From an uncultured Actinomycetota bacterium (GTDB lineage Bacteria > Actinomycetota > Actinomycetes > JAFAQI01), in the NCBI GenBank assembly GCA_963835405.1, contig CAWIFV010000013.1, positions 78,271 to 142,270 of the forward strand: a stretch of 64,000 nucleotides of DNA, read 5' to 3'. Both the position numbers and the translations under genes were made by a program. Under the pieces are notes generated by a model that worked only from the letters and a program-made list of their open reading frames with translations, was not told the origin of the DNA and made no database searches. Shown piece after piece: positions 51,414-61,823 of the stretch (position 1 is its first letter; each line of letters opens with the position of its first letter).

Positions 51414-52690
51414 GAGTCACCTCCATCGCCGCGCCGGTCCGGTCGGCCAGCACGGGTATCGGGTAGCCGCCCGGCCCGGGTTCGGCGTCGGCCGACCGCT
51501 CGGCCTCGACGACCTTGTTCTCCGTGAAGAACGACGCGAGCAGGACGATGACCGCGAGCGGGATTCCCACGTAGGCGAGAGTCTCGAACCGGGTGCGGCC
51601 CTCGTTGGTCAGCTCCCGGAAGGCGGCGACGATCAGCACCCAGACGAGGCTGGCCGGGATGAGGACCTTCCAGCCGAGAGCCATGAACTGGTCGTAGCGC
51701 AGCCGCGGGAGCGTGCCCCGCAGCCAGATGAAGAAGAAGAGCAGGAAGACAGCTTGCCGAGGAACCAGATCATCGGCCACCAGCCGGTGTTGGCGCCGTC
51801 GTCGACCGCCGACAGCGGCCACGGTGCGCGCCAGCCGCCGAGGAACAGCGTCGTCGCCAGCGCGGAGACGGTGGTCATGTTGATGTACTCGGCGAGGAAG
51901 AACATCGCGAACTTGATCGAGGAGTACTCGGTGTGGAACCCGGCGACGAGCTCGCTCTCGGCCTCGGGCAGGTCGAACGGCGCCCGGTTGGTCTCGCCCA
52001 CCATCGCGATCAGGTAGATGACGAACGACGGGATCAGCGGCAGCGCGTACCAGAGCTTCGCCTGCGCGCTCGACGATCTCGCTCGTCGACAGCGACCCGG
52101 AGTAGAGGAAGACCGCGGCCAGCGCGAGGCCCATCGCGACCTCGTAGGAGATGACCTGGGCCGCCGACCGCAGCCCGCCGAGCAGCGGGTAGGGCGACTG
52201 CAGGACCAGCCCGCGAGCACGATGCCGTAGACCCCGATGGCGGCCATCGCGAGGATGAACAGCACCGCGACCGGCAGGTCGGTGAGCTGCAGCGGGGTGC
52301 GTGACCGAAGATCGACACGACCGGCCCGAACGGGATGACCGCGAAGGACAGGAACGCCGGGATCGGTCGCGACCAGCGGCGCCAGGATGTAGAGCGGCTG
52401 GTCGGCCAGCGCCGGGATGAGGTCCTCCTTGAGCACGAGCTTGACGCCGTCGGCGAGACCCTGCACCATCCCGAACGGGCCGACCCGGTTGGGCCCGGGC
52501 CGTTGCTGCATCCGGCCGATGACCGGCGCTCGGCCCAGATCATCAGCACGTCGTCACCACCAGGAAGACGAAGATGACGACGGTCTTCAGGATGATCGAG
52601 CCACCACGGGTCCTGGTCGGAACAGCCCGAGGTGGGCGCCGCCGCTCGTGCGACGCCGCGAGCACCTCCCGTCACGGCCATCCCCGCCGC
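51406..52690 (-). CDS. nuoH: NADH-quinone oxidoreductase subunit H (main operon); 3 or more frameshifts, boundaries approximate
   Basis: ...DPWWL...MIWAERR (ORF 52034..53056). [25 protein letters not shown]...[23 protein letters not shown] (ORF 51633..52511). ...[25 protein letters not shown] (ORF 51406..52134). Confidence 0.55.
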
Positions 52691-55111
52691 TGATGCGGAC
52701 GAGCGACACCGGCCGTCACGCCCGAGCGCCGCGTGCACGTGCGAGCCCGGCGAGTACGTCGGGAGCCAGACGACCCGGTCGGGCAGGTCGGCGAGCACGC
52801 ACGGCAGCGTGATCGAGCCCCGCGCTCGGTGCTGACCGTGACGAGCGTCCCCCGCTCGACGCCGATCTCCTTGGCGGTCGTCTCCGCCAGGCGCGCCGGG
52901 CGGCCGCCGGGTGCCGGCGAGGTAGGGCTCGCTGCTCCTGCAGCCGGCCGTCGTCGAGCAGCAAGTGCCACGTCGCGAGGACCGCCTCGCCCGCCTGCGG
53001 ACTGCGGCGGCGCGACGGGAGCCTCCCCGGCGCCGCGGGGCGGACGCCGCCCGCACGCCCGAGCCGGCGGATCTCCTGCTGCACCGGGGCGGGGGTCGCC
53101 GTCACCCAGGTCGAACCCCATCTCGTCGGCGAGCAAGTCGAGCACCCGGCCGTCGGACAGGGCGCCGGTCGCCTCGAGGGTCGCGTCGAACGGGCGCGCG
53201 CGCCCCTCCCAGTCCAGGTAGGTGCCGGCCTTCTCGACCGCCGGCGCGACCGGGAGGACCACGTCGGCCCGGTCGGTGACCGCGGAGTCGCGGAGCTCGA
53301 GGCTGACGAGGAACGGGGCGTTGTCGATCGCGTCGAGGGCGAGCTGCGGGTCGGGGAGGTCGTCCGGGTCGACGCCGGCGACGACGAGCGCAAGCTCGCC
53401 GGCCGCGGCCGCGCGCAGGATCCCGACGGCGTCCCGGCCCGGTTCGGCCGGGGGCTCGGCGCCCCAGACGCCGCGACCTCCGCACGTGCCGCGGCGTCGG
53501 AGAGCGGGCGGCCGCCGGGCAGCAGCCCGGGGAGGCAGCCCGCCTCGACCGCACCGCGGTCGCCGGCCCGGCGTGGCACCCAGGCCAGCCGGGCGCCGGT
53601 CCGGCGGCCAGCCGGCGCCGCGCTGAGAGCGCCGGGGACGGTGGCGAGCCGCTCGCCGACGAGGATGACCGCGCCCGGCTTGGCGCAGCGCCTCGGCGGC
53701 GGCCGCGCCGGCGTCGTCGAGCCGGTCGTCTCCCGCCGCCAACGCGGCGAGCGATCTCGGGCTCGGTGCCGGGGGCGCTGCGCAGCAGCCGGCCGCCGAG
53801 CTTGCGCAGCCCGGCGGTGGCGAACGGCGCGATCCGAGAACACGCCGAGCGTGCCCGCCTGCACCGCCTTGCGCAGCCGCAGGAAGACGATCGGCGACTC
53901 CTCCTCCGGCTCGAAGCCCGGCGAGCAGCACGGCGGGTGCGTGCCTCGAGGTCGGCGTAGGTCGCCTCGAGGTAGCGGCCGGCGACGCGGGCGGCGAGGA
54001 AGTCCTGCTCCTCGACCGAGTGCGGTCGGGCGCGGAAGTCGACGTCGTTGGTGCCGAGCGACGACCCGGGCGAACTTGGCGTAGGCGTAGGCGTCCTCGA
54101 CGGTGAGCCGGCCACCGGTGAGGACGCCGACCCGGCCACGGCGGCGGCCAGACCGTCGGCCGCCCGCGCGAGCGCGTCGCTCCACGACGCCTCGACGAGG
54201 TAGCCGTCGTCGTCGCGGACCAGCGGGGTCGCGGAGCCGGTCCTTGGCGGTGGCGTACTGAACGCCCACCGGCCCTTGTCGCAGTTCCACTCCTCGTTGA
54301 CGGCGGGGTCGTCGCCGGCGAGCCGGCGCATCACCTTGCCGCGCCGCCAGTCGGTGCGCTGCTGGCAGCCGGACGAGCAGTGCTCGCAGACGCTCGGCGT
54401 GGACACGAGGTCGAACGGGCGGGCGCGGAAGCGGTACTGCGCACCGGTGAGGGCACCGACCGGACAGATCTGCACGGTGTTGCCGGAGAAGTAGGAGTCG
54501 AACGGCTCGTCGGTGTAGATCGCGACCTGCTCCAGGGCGCCGCGCTCGAACAGCTCGATGAACGGGTCACCGGCGATCTGCTGGGAGAACCGCGTGCAGC
54601 GGGCGCAGAGCACGCACCGCTCGCGGTCGAGCAGCACCTGGCAGGAGATCGCGATCGGCTTCTCGAAGGTGCGCTTCGGTCGTGGAAGCGCGACTCGCTC
54701 GGAGCCGTTGGTGAGGGTCTGGTTCTGCAGCGGGCACTCGCCGCCCTTGTCGCACATCGGGCAGTCGAGCGGGTGGTTGAGCAGCAGGAGCTCGAGGTTG
54801 CCGCGCTGCGCCTTCTCCGCGACCGGCGACGTGAGCTGGGTCTTGACCACCATGCCGTCGGTGACGGTCGTCGTGCACGACGGCGAGCGGCTTGCGCTGG
54901 CCCTCGACCTCGACGATGCACTGCCGGCAGGCACCGATCGGGTCGAGCAGCGGGTGGTCGCAGAAGCGCGGGATCTGGATGCCGAGCAGCTCGGCGGCCC
55001 GGATGACCAGCGTGCCCTTGGGCACGGCGGATCTCGACGCCGTCGATCGTGCACGTGACGGTCTCGACCGCGGCGTCCGCCGGACGGTTCGGAGGACGTG
55101 GGGCTCGTCAT
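52690..55111 (-). CDS. nuoG: NADH-quinone oxidoreductase subunit G (main operon); 4 or more frameshifts, boundaries approximate
   Basis: MTSPTSSEP start at 55111. ...[47 protein letters not shown] (ORF 54567..55292). ...[21 protein letters not shown]...VCEHCSSGC (ORF 53102..55111). C-terminus ...[26 protein letters not shown] in ORF 52034..53056. Confidence 0.55.
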
Positions 55112-55159
55112 CGGGACGCGCTCCGGCGGCGAAGAGGGTCGACGCCATCGGGTCGAACG

Positions 55160-56403
55160 GGCAGCCGCCCTGCTCGAAGTGCGCGACGTACTCGTCCTTG
55201 AAGTACTTCACCGACGACGTGATCGGGCTGGTCGCGCCGTCGCCGAGCGCGCAGAACGCCCGACCGAAGATGTTGTCGCAGGCGTCGAGCAACGTGTCGA
55301 TGTCCTGTCGCGTCGCCCTCGCCCTTCTCGAGCCGCTCGAGGATCTGCACCATCCAGTAGGTGCCTTCGCGGCACGGCGTGCACTTGCCGCACGACTCGT
55401 GCGCGTAGAACTCGGTCCAGCGCAGCACGGCCCGCACCACGCACGTCGTGTCGTCGAAGATCTGCAGCGCCTTGGTGCCGAGCATCGACCCGGCCGCGCC
55501 GATCGCCTCGTAGTCGAGGGGGACGTCGAGGTGCTCCGCGGTGAGGATCGGGGTCGACGAGCCGCCGGGCGTCCAGAACTTCAGCTCGTGGCCCTCCCGC
55601 ACACCGCCGGCGAGGTCGAGCAGCTCGCGCAGCGTGACGCCGAGCGGCGCCTCGTACTGGCCGGGACGCGTCACGTGGCCGGACAGCGAGTAGAGGGTGA
55701 ACCCGGGCGACTTCTCGGTGCCGAACGAGCGGAACCACTCGACGCCCTTGTCGACGATCGCCGGCACGCTCGCGATCGACTCCACGTTGTTGATGACCGT
55801 CGGGCTGGCGTAGAGGCCCTCGACGGCGGGGAACGGCGGGCGCAACCGCGGCTGGCCGCGGTAACCCTCGAGCGAGTCGAGCAGCGCGGTCTCCTCGCCG
55901 CAGATGTAGGCGCCGGCACCGGCGTGCACGACGACGTCGAGCGAGTAGCCGGTGCCGAGCACGCGCGGACCGAGGATGCCGGCCGCGTAGGCCTCCTTGA
56001 CGGCCGCCTGCAGCCGCCGGACGACGTGCAGCACCTCGCCGCGGACGTAGATGAACGCGAGGTTGGCGCGGATCGCGTACGACGAGATGACGACGCCCTC
56101 CAGCAGCACGTGCGGGCTGGCGAGCATGAGCGGAATGTCCTTGCAGGTGCCCGGCTCGGACTCGTCGGCGTTGACGACCAGGTAGTGCGGCTTGCCGTCG
56201 TCCTGCGGGATGAACCCCCACTTGTTCCCGGTGGGGAAGCCGGCTCCGCCCCGACCGCGCAGACCCGAGTCCTTCACCATCTGGATGACGGCGTCGGGCT
56301 CCATCGCCAGCGCCTTGCGCGCGCCTGCGTAGTCGCCGTAACCGTCGAGGGTCCACGGCCGCTCGTCGCCCCAGTTGGCCGACAGGACCGGCGTCAGGCT
56401 CAT
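55160..56403 (-). CDS. nuoF: NADH-quinone oxidoreductase subunit F (main operon); frameshift near 55330
   Basis: ORF 55108..56553 from [22 protein letters not shown] carries [13 protein letters not shown] and [13 protein letters not shown] motifs. The C-terminus ...[48 protein letters not shown] is in ORF 54567..55292. Confidence 0.65.
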
Positions 56404-57049
56404 TCCCCACCCCCGGCAGCAGCGTCCCGGCGGGCGCCAGCCGCAGCCCCTCGAGCGTGGCCGGACCCGCCGCGCCGCCTTCGTCCGCGCGGCCGTCGTA
56501 GAAGCCGGCGAGCACCCGCTCGGCCTCCCGCCACGTGCACACGCTGTCCGCACCGCGGGTGGGCTGCACGGGCCGGTCGGCCTGCAGGTCGTCGACGAGC
56601 ATCTTCGCCGACTCCGGGGTCTGGTTGTCGAAGAACTCCCAGTTGACCATCACCACCGGGGCGTAGTCGCAGGCCGCGTTGCACTCGACGTGCTCCAGCG
56701 ACACCTTGCCGTCCGACGTGACGCCGTTCTGGGCCTCGATGCCGAGGTGCTCCTTCAGCGTCTCGTAGATGACGTCGCCGCCCATGACGGCGCAGAGCGT
56801 GTTGGTGCAGACGCCGACGTGGTAGTCGCCCACCGGGCGGCGCTTGTACATCGTGTAGAAGGTCGCGACCGCGCCGACCTCGGCCTTGGTGAGGCCCAGC
56901 ATCTCCGCACAGAAACCGATGCCGGCCGGCGACACGTAGCCCTCCTCGCTCTGCACGAGGTGCAGCATCGGCAGCAGCGCCGAGCGGGGCCTGGGATAGC
57001 GACCCATCAGCTCGCGAGCGCGGGCGCGGGTCTCGTCACTGAACGCCAT
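56400..57049 (-). CDS. nuoE: NADH-quinone oxidoreductase subunit E (main operon); 3' end frame uncertain
   Basis: N-terminus of ORF 55208..57049: [40 protein letters not shown]...GVCTNTLCAVMGGD...CNAACDYAPVVMVNWEFFD. No in-frame stop before nuoF, so a frameshift near the 3' end is likely. Confidence 0.7.
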
Positions 57050-58404
57050 CAGCGGTCCACCCCACCCATGACGGGGTCGACGCTCGCGACGCTGGCGACG
57101 ACGTCGGAGACCATGCCGCCCTCGGTGAGAGCCGGCACCGCCTGCAGGTTGACGAACGACGGGTCGCGCACGTGCACGCGGTAGGGCCGGGTGCCGCCGT
57201 CGCTGACCACGTGGGCGACGAGCTCACCGCGCGGGGACTCCACCGGCACGTAGGCCTGCCCCGGCGGCACGCGGAACCCCTCCGTGACCAGCTTGAAGTG
57301 GTGGATCAGTGCCTCCATCGACTGGCCCATGATGTGGCGGATGTGGTCCAGGGAGTTGCCGAGCCCGTCCCCGCCGAGCGCGAGCTGCGCGGGCCAGGCG
57401 ATCTTCTTGTCGGCGATCATGATCGGGCCCGGCGCGAGCCGGTCGACCGCCTGCTCGATGATGCGCAGCGACTGGCGGATCTCGTTGATGCGCACCAGGT
57501 AGCGCGCGTAGTTGTCGCCCGCGGTCTCGGTGACGACGTCGAAGTCGTAGCTGTCGTAACCGCTGTAGGGCATCTCCTTGCGGATGTCCCAGGCGAGCCC
57601 GGAGGCGCGCAACAGCGGGCCGGTGACGCCGAGCTGGAGGCAGGCGCGCGTGTCGAGGAAGCCGACGTCCTTCAACCGCTTCAGCCAGATGGGGTTGGCC
57701 GACAGCATCGACTCGTACTCGTCGACCTTGCCGCGCATGTAGGGGACGAACTCGCGGATCCGGTCGACCGCGCCGGGCGGCAGGTCCTGCGCGAGCCCAC
57801 CCGGACGGATGTAGGCGTGGTTCATCCGCAGGCCGGTGATCATCTCGAGGATCTCGAGGATGCGCTCGCGCTCGCGGAAGCCGAACAGCATCATCGTGAC
57901 CGCGCCGACCTCCATGCCGCCGGTCGCGAGCCAGACCAGGTGGGAGGAGATGCGCTGCAGCTCCGACACGAGCACCCGGATGACCCGCACCCGCTCGGGG
58001 ATCTGGTCCTCGACGCCGAGCAGCCGCTCGACACCGAGGCAGTAGGTCAGCTCGTTGAACAGCGGCGAGAGGTAGTCGCACCTGGTGATGAACGTCACCG
58101 CCTGGGTCCAGGTGCGGTACTCCATGTTCTTCTCGATGCCGGTGTGCAGGTAGCCGATGACGACCCGGGTCCGCTCGACGGTCTCGCCCTCGAGCTCCAG
58201 CACCATCCGCAGCACGCCGTGGGTGGACGGGTGCTGCGGCCCCATGTTGACGACGATGCGCTCGCTCTCCAGCGGATCCACCGCGTTGACGATCTCGTCC
58301 CAGTCGCCGCCGCCGACGGTGAAGACCCGACCGCCCTCGTCCGCCGTCGTACTGCCGTAGGGGTCGCTCGCCGAGTACGTCGAGGTGTAGGTGGTCTCGC
58401 TCAT
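57049..58404 (-). CDS. nuoD: NADH-quinone oxidoreductase subunit D (main operon), intact
   Basis: ORF track, 451 aa. ...[22 protein letters not shown]... Confidence 0.9.
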   Translation of the reverse strand: MSETTYTSTYSASDPYGSTTADEGGRVFTVGGGDWDEIVNAVDPLESERIVVNMGPQHPSTHGVLRMVLELEGETVERTRVVIGYLHTGIEKNMEYRTWTQAVTFITRCDYLSPLFNELTYCLGVERLLGVEDQIPERVRVIRVLVSELQRISSHLVWLATGGMEVGAVTMMLFGFRERERILEILEMITGLRMNHAYIRPGGLAQDLPPGAVDRIREFVPYMRGKVDEYESMLSANPIWLKRLKDVGFLDTRACLQLGVTGPLLRASGLAWDIRKEMPYSGYDSYDFDVVTETAGDNYARYLVRINEIRQSLRIIEQAVDRLAPGPIMIADKKIAWPAQLALGGDGLGNSLDHIRHIMGQSMEALIHHFKLVTEGFRVPPGQAYVPVESPRGELVAHVVSDGGTRPYRVHVRDPSFVNLQAVPALTEGGMVSDVVASVASVDPVMGGVDR

Positions 58405-58432
58405 AGGTCCTCCACCCCGTGGTGCCGCCGGC

Positions 58433-59212
58433 TCATGCGTATGACCTTCTGATGTCGGGCGGCGGGATCTGCGCGCCCTTGTACTCCACCGGTACGCCGC
58501 CGAGGGGGTAGTCCTTGCGCTGCGGGTGCCCCGGCCAGTCGTCGGGCATCTCGATCCGGGTGAGGGCCGGGTGGCCGTCGAAGACGATGCCGAAGAAGTC
58601 CCAGGTCTCCCGCTCGTGCCAGTTGGCCGTCGGGTAGACGTCGGTCACGCTCGGCACGTGCGGGTCGGCATCGGAGACCGAGACCTCGAGGCGCAGCCGA
58701 CGGCGGAACGACATCGACAGCAGGTGGTAGACGGCGTGCAGCCGGCGACCGGTGGGGTCGTTGGGATAGTCGACGCCGGACACCCCGCTGCAGTGCTCGA
58801 AGCGAAGCCCGGGGTCGTCGCGCAGCTGCCGGCAGATGTCGACGATCGCCTCGCGCCGCACGAACAACGTCAGCTCGCCCCGGTGCACGACCACGCGCTC
58901 GATGGCGTCGTGGAAGCCGGGGTAGGCCTGCTCCAGCGCATCCGTCGCCTCGTCGAACCAGCCGCCGTAGGGCCTGGGCGAGGACGCCAGCTGCGGCGGC
59001 CGGACGACGAGGCCACCGAAGCCGGACGTGTCACCGAACCCGCTGGCACCGAACATGTCGCTGCGCCGACCGCGCGCGACATCACTGGACGCGCCCACAC
59101 CCGCGGTGTCGCCGGAGGCGGTGTCGCCGGAGGCGGTGTCGCCGCCGGTGTCATCGGAGGCGGCTACGCCGCCGGTGTCATCGACGACGTCCGGACCCTC
59201 GGACTCGCTCAT
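58433..59212 (-). CDS. nuoC: NADH-quinone oxidoreductase subunit C (main operon), intact, with Asp/Gly/Thr-rich N-terminal extension
   Basis: ORF track, 259 aa. ...[42 protein letters not shown]. Confidence 0.9.
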   Translation of the reverse strand: MSESEGPDVVDDTGGVAASDDTGGDTASGDTASGDTAGVGASSDVARGRRSDMFGASGFGDTSGFGGLVVRPPQLASSPRPYGGWFDEATDALEQAYPGFHDAIERVVVHRGELTLFVRREAIVDICRQLRDDPGLRFEHCSGVSGVDYPNDPTGRRLHAVYHLLSMSFRRRLRLEVSVSDADPHVPSVTDVYPTANWHERETWDFFGIVFDGHPALTRIEMPDDWPGHPQRKDYPLGGVPVEYKGAQIPPPDIRRSYA

Positions 59213-60806
59213 ACGTCCTCCACCCCGCCCGGCACCCGAGGGCCGCGCCGGCTCACTGGTGCACCATCCTCAGGTCACTGGTCTCCGATGGATCGGTGAT
59301 GCGCCCCAGGTGCCGCCAGGTCATCGCCCTGCTCGCTTGACGCGGTTGATGTCCAGCATGAGATCTGCGAGATCTGGCGGTTACCCGGGACGTGCAGACC
59401 GTCGACAGGGCTGAGCGCCAAGGCCACGTGCCGCGAGCGCCGATCAGTGAGCGAACCGGCAGCCACGTTCCGGCACCACCGGCACCACAAGCGGGCGCCT
59501 CCCCACTGGGACTAGCAGCGAGGAGGCTGACGTGAAGTCTGCCAGCACAACCCTGCCCGAGACACCCCCCAACGACGTAACCGGCGGCCTGGACTGGTCC
59601 CGCGATGACCACGCAGTGTCGGTCGTGGATGCTCGCGGCCGTGAACTGCTGCGGCACACCGTCGAGCACAGCGCGGCCGGGCTGCGCGAGCTGATCGCGG
59701 TGCTCACCGATGCCGACTGTGAGGAAGTCGCCATCGAACGCCCGGACGGGCCGGTCGTCGACGCGCTGCTCGCCGCCGGGCTGACCGTGGTGGTGATCAG
59801 CCCGAACCAGGTCAAGAACCTGCGTGGCCGCTATGGCTCGGCCGGCAACAAGGACGACCGGTTCGACGCGTTCGTGCTCGCTGACACGCTGCGCACCGAC
59901 CGGGCCCGGCTTCGCCCGCTCACCCCGGACCGTCCGGAGACGGTGACGCTGCGCCGGCTGGGCCGGGCGCGCAAGGACCTCATCCGGCACCGCGTCGCCG
60001 CCGCCAACCAGCTGCGCGCCCACCTGCGCCTGGCGTTCCCCGGCGCGGTCGGCCTGTTCGCCGAGATCGACAGCCCGATCAGCCTGGCGTTTCTGACCCG
60101 CTTCCCCACCCAGGACAAGGCGGACTGGCTGACCCCGCAACGCCTCGGCGACTGGCTGGCTAAGCAGAGATACTCCGGCAAGGTCGACCCCGCAGTGCTG
60201 CACGCCCGACTGCTCGCCGCGCCACGCGGCCTCACCGGCACCGACGCCGCCGTCAACGCGCACATCACCGCGGCCCTGGCCGCGCTGCTGGCCAGCCTGC
60301 TCGAGCAGATCAAGGCCCTGTCCACACAAATCGGCACCCAGCTCGACGCGCACCTCGACGCGCACATCTTCATCAACCTGCCGCGCGCTGGCCGCGTGCG
60401 CGCCGCCCGGCTGCTCGGCGAGATCGGCGACTGCCGCGCCCGCTTCCCCACCCCCGAGTCGCTGACCTGCCTGGCCGGCGCCGCCCCCTCCACCAGGCAG
60501 TCCGGCAAGAGCCGCTCCGTCGGGTTCCGCTGGGCCTGCGACAAACAACTCCGAGACGCCGTCTGCGACTTCGCCGGCGACAGCCGACGCGCCAACCCAT
60601 GGGCCGACAAGCTCTACCGCGACGCCCGCGCCCGAGGACACGACCACCCGCACGCGGTCCGCGTCCTGGCCCGCGCTTGGCTCTACGTGATCTGGCACTG
60701 CTGGCAAGACAGCGTCGCCTACAACCCCAACAAGCACCGCGCCCTGCAACGCGTCCTCGCGGAGGAAAACAAGATCATTCCTCAGGCAGGTTGACACAGG
60801 GGCTTC
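59213..60806 (+). mobile_element. IS110-family insertion sequence (about 1.6 kb) between nuoC and nuoB of the main nuo operon, in the opposite orientation to the operon
   Basis: Bounded by the nuoC start (59212) and the nuoB stop (60807). Contains a single transposase gene with about 320 bp of 5' leader. No terminal inverted repeats, as expected for IS110. Exact ends not determined. Confidence 0.7.
59532..60794 (+). CDS. IS110-family (DEDD-type) transposase
   Basis: ORF track, 420 aa. N-terminal DEDD-like region GLDWSRDDHAVSVVDARGRELL. C-terminal transposase-20-like region ...LPRAGRVRAARLLGEIGDCRARFPTPESLTCLAGAAPSTRQSGKS... Confidence 0.85.
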   Translation: MKSASTTLPETPPNDVTGGLDWSRDDHAVSVVDARGRELLRHTVEHSAAGLRELIAVLTDADCEEVAIERPDGPVVDALLAAGLTVVVISPNQVKNLRGRYGSAGNKDDRFDAFVLADTLRTDRARLRPLTPDRPETVTLRRLGRARKDLIRHRVAAANQLRAHLRLAFPGAVGLFAEIDSPISLAFLTRFPTQDKADWLTPQRLGDWLAKQRYSGKVDPAVLHARLLAAPRGLTGTDAAVNAHITAALAALLASLLEQIKALSTQIGTQLDAHLDAHIFINLPRAGRVRAARLLGEIGDCRARFPTPESLTCLAGAAPSTRQSGKSRSVGFRWACDKQLRDAVCDFAGDSRRANPWADKLYRDARARGHDHPHAVRVLARAWLYVIWHCWQDSVAYNPNKHRALQRVLAEENKIIPQAG

Positions 60807-61409
60807 TCATGCCTGCTCTCCCGGAACAGGCGCGGGGAAGGTGAGCGGCGTGTCCACCGCGAGGCCCTGGGAGACGCGGGTGTCGCGCACGATCGGCTTC
60901 TCGTAGGGAGACTCCTCGAGCGTCGTCCAGGCGGGCTTGCCGTTGATGGGCGCGGCCTTGATCTTGTCGTGCAGCTTGAGGATGGCGTCGAGGAGCATCT
61001 CCGGCCGGGGCGGGCAGCCCGGCAGGTACATGTCCACGGGCACCACGTGGTCGACTCCCTGGACGACGGCGTAGTTGTTGAACATGCCACCGCTGCTGGC
61101 GCACACGCCCATGGCCAGCACCCACTTGGGCTCGGGCATCTGGTCGTAGATCTGGCGCAGGACCGGGGCCATCTTCTGCGACACCCGGCCGGCGACGATC
61201 ATCAGGTCGGCCTGGCGCGGGGTGGCGGAGAACCGCTCCATGCCGAACCGGGCGATGTCGAACCGCGGTCCGCCGACGGCCATCATCTCGATCGCGCAGC
61301 ACGCGAGGCCGAACTGTGCCGGCCACAGCGAGTTCTTCCGGGCGATGTTGAGCACCTTGGCGACCGTCGTCAGCAGGATGCCTTCGGGCAGCTTCTCCTC
61401 GAGACCCAT
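60807..61409 (-). CDS. nuoB: NADH-quinone oxidoreductase subunit B (main operon)
   Basis: Start [20 protein letters not shown]... [10 protein letters not shown]...[10 protein letters not shown]...[11 protein letters not shown]. The stop lies 13 nt from the IS transposase stop. Confidence 0.85.
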   Translation of the reverse strand: MGLEEKLPEGILLTTVAKVLNIARKNSLWPAQFGLACCAIEMMAVGGPRFDIARFGMERFSATPRQADLMIVAGRVSQKMAPVLRQIYDQMPEPKWVLAMGVCASSGGMFNNYAVVQGVDHVVPVDMYLPGCPPRPEMLLDAILKLHDKIKAAPINGKPAWTTLEESPYEKPIVRDTRVSQGLAVDTPLTFPAPVPGEQA

Positions 61410-61413
61410 GGCG

Positions 61414-61764
61414 TCAGTCCCAGTCGAGGCCGCCGCGACGCCAGACATAGGCGTAGACGACGAAGACGGCGACGATGAACAGGATCATCTCGACCAGCCC
61501 GAACATGCCGAGCTTGTCGAACGCGACGGCCCACGGGTAGAGGAAGATGATCTCGATGTCGAAGACGATGAACAGCATCGCGGTGAGGTAGTACTTCACC
61601 GGCATGCGGTGGCCCTGGAACGCCTGGCGGGTGGGTTCGATGCCGCACTCGTAGGACTCGAGCTTCGCCCGGTTGAACCGCTTGGGACCGGTCAGGGCGC
61701 CCGCGACAACCGAGAAGACCGCGAAGCCGGCCCCGATGCCGAAGAGGACCAGGATGGGAACCAC
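61414..61764 (-). CDS. nuoA: NADH-quinone oxidoreductase subunit A (main operon)
   Basis: ORF track, 116 aa. [27 protein letters not shown]... Confidence 0.85.
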   Translation of the reverse strand: MVPILVLFGIGAGFAVFSVVAGALTGPKRFNRAKLESYECGIEPTRQAFQGHRMPVKYYLTAMLFIVFDIEIIFLYPWAVAFDKLGMFGLVEMILFIVAVFVVYAYVWRRGGLDWD

Positions 61765-61823
61765 GGCGTCCTCCTCTCTTCGTTCGCTGGCGGTTGGTCA
61801 GTCTAGGTGTGACGGAGCGTGGG

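Noticed and set aside
58398-59270. About 50 bp of similarity between the nuoD-start/nuoC-stop junction (58401..) and the nuoC-start/IS junction (59207..). Considered as a possible IS target-site duplication or a remnant of the nuoB 3' end.
   Set aside because: Both are paralogous translation-initiation contexts (GGGGTGGAGGACnTATGAGCGA; both proteins begin MSE) with a preceding TGA. Translating 59240-59420 gives nothing NuoB-like. IS110 elements do not make target duplications.
59253-60797. 514-aa minus-strand ORF covering the IS110 element
   Set aside because: It is antisense to a transposase with clear family motifs, and it has no homology-like features itself.
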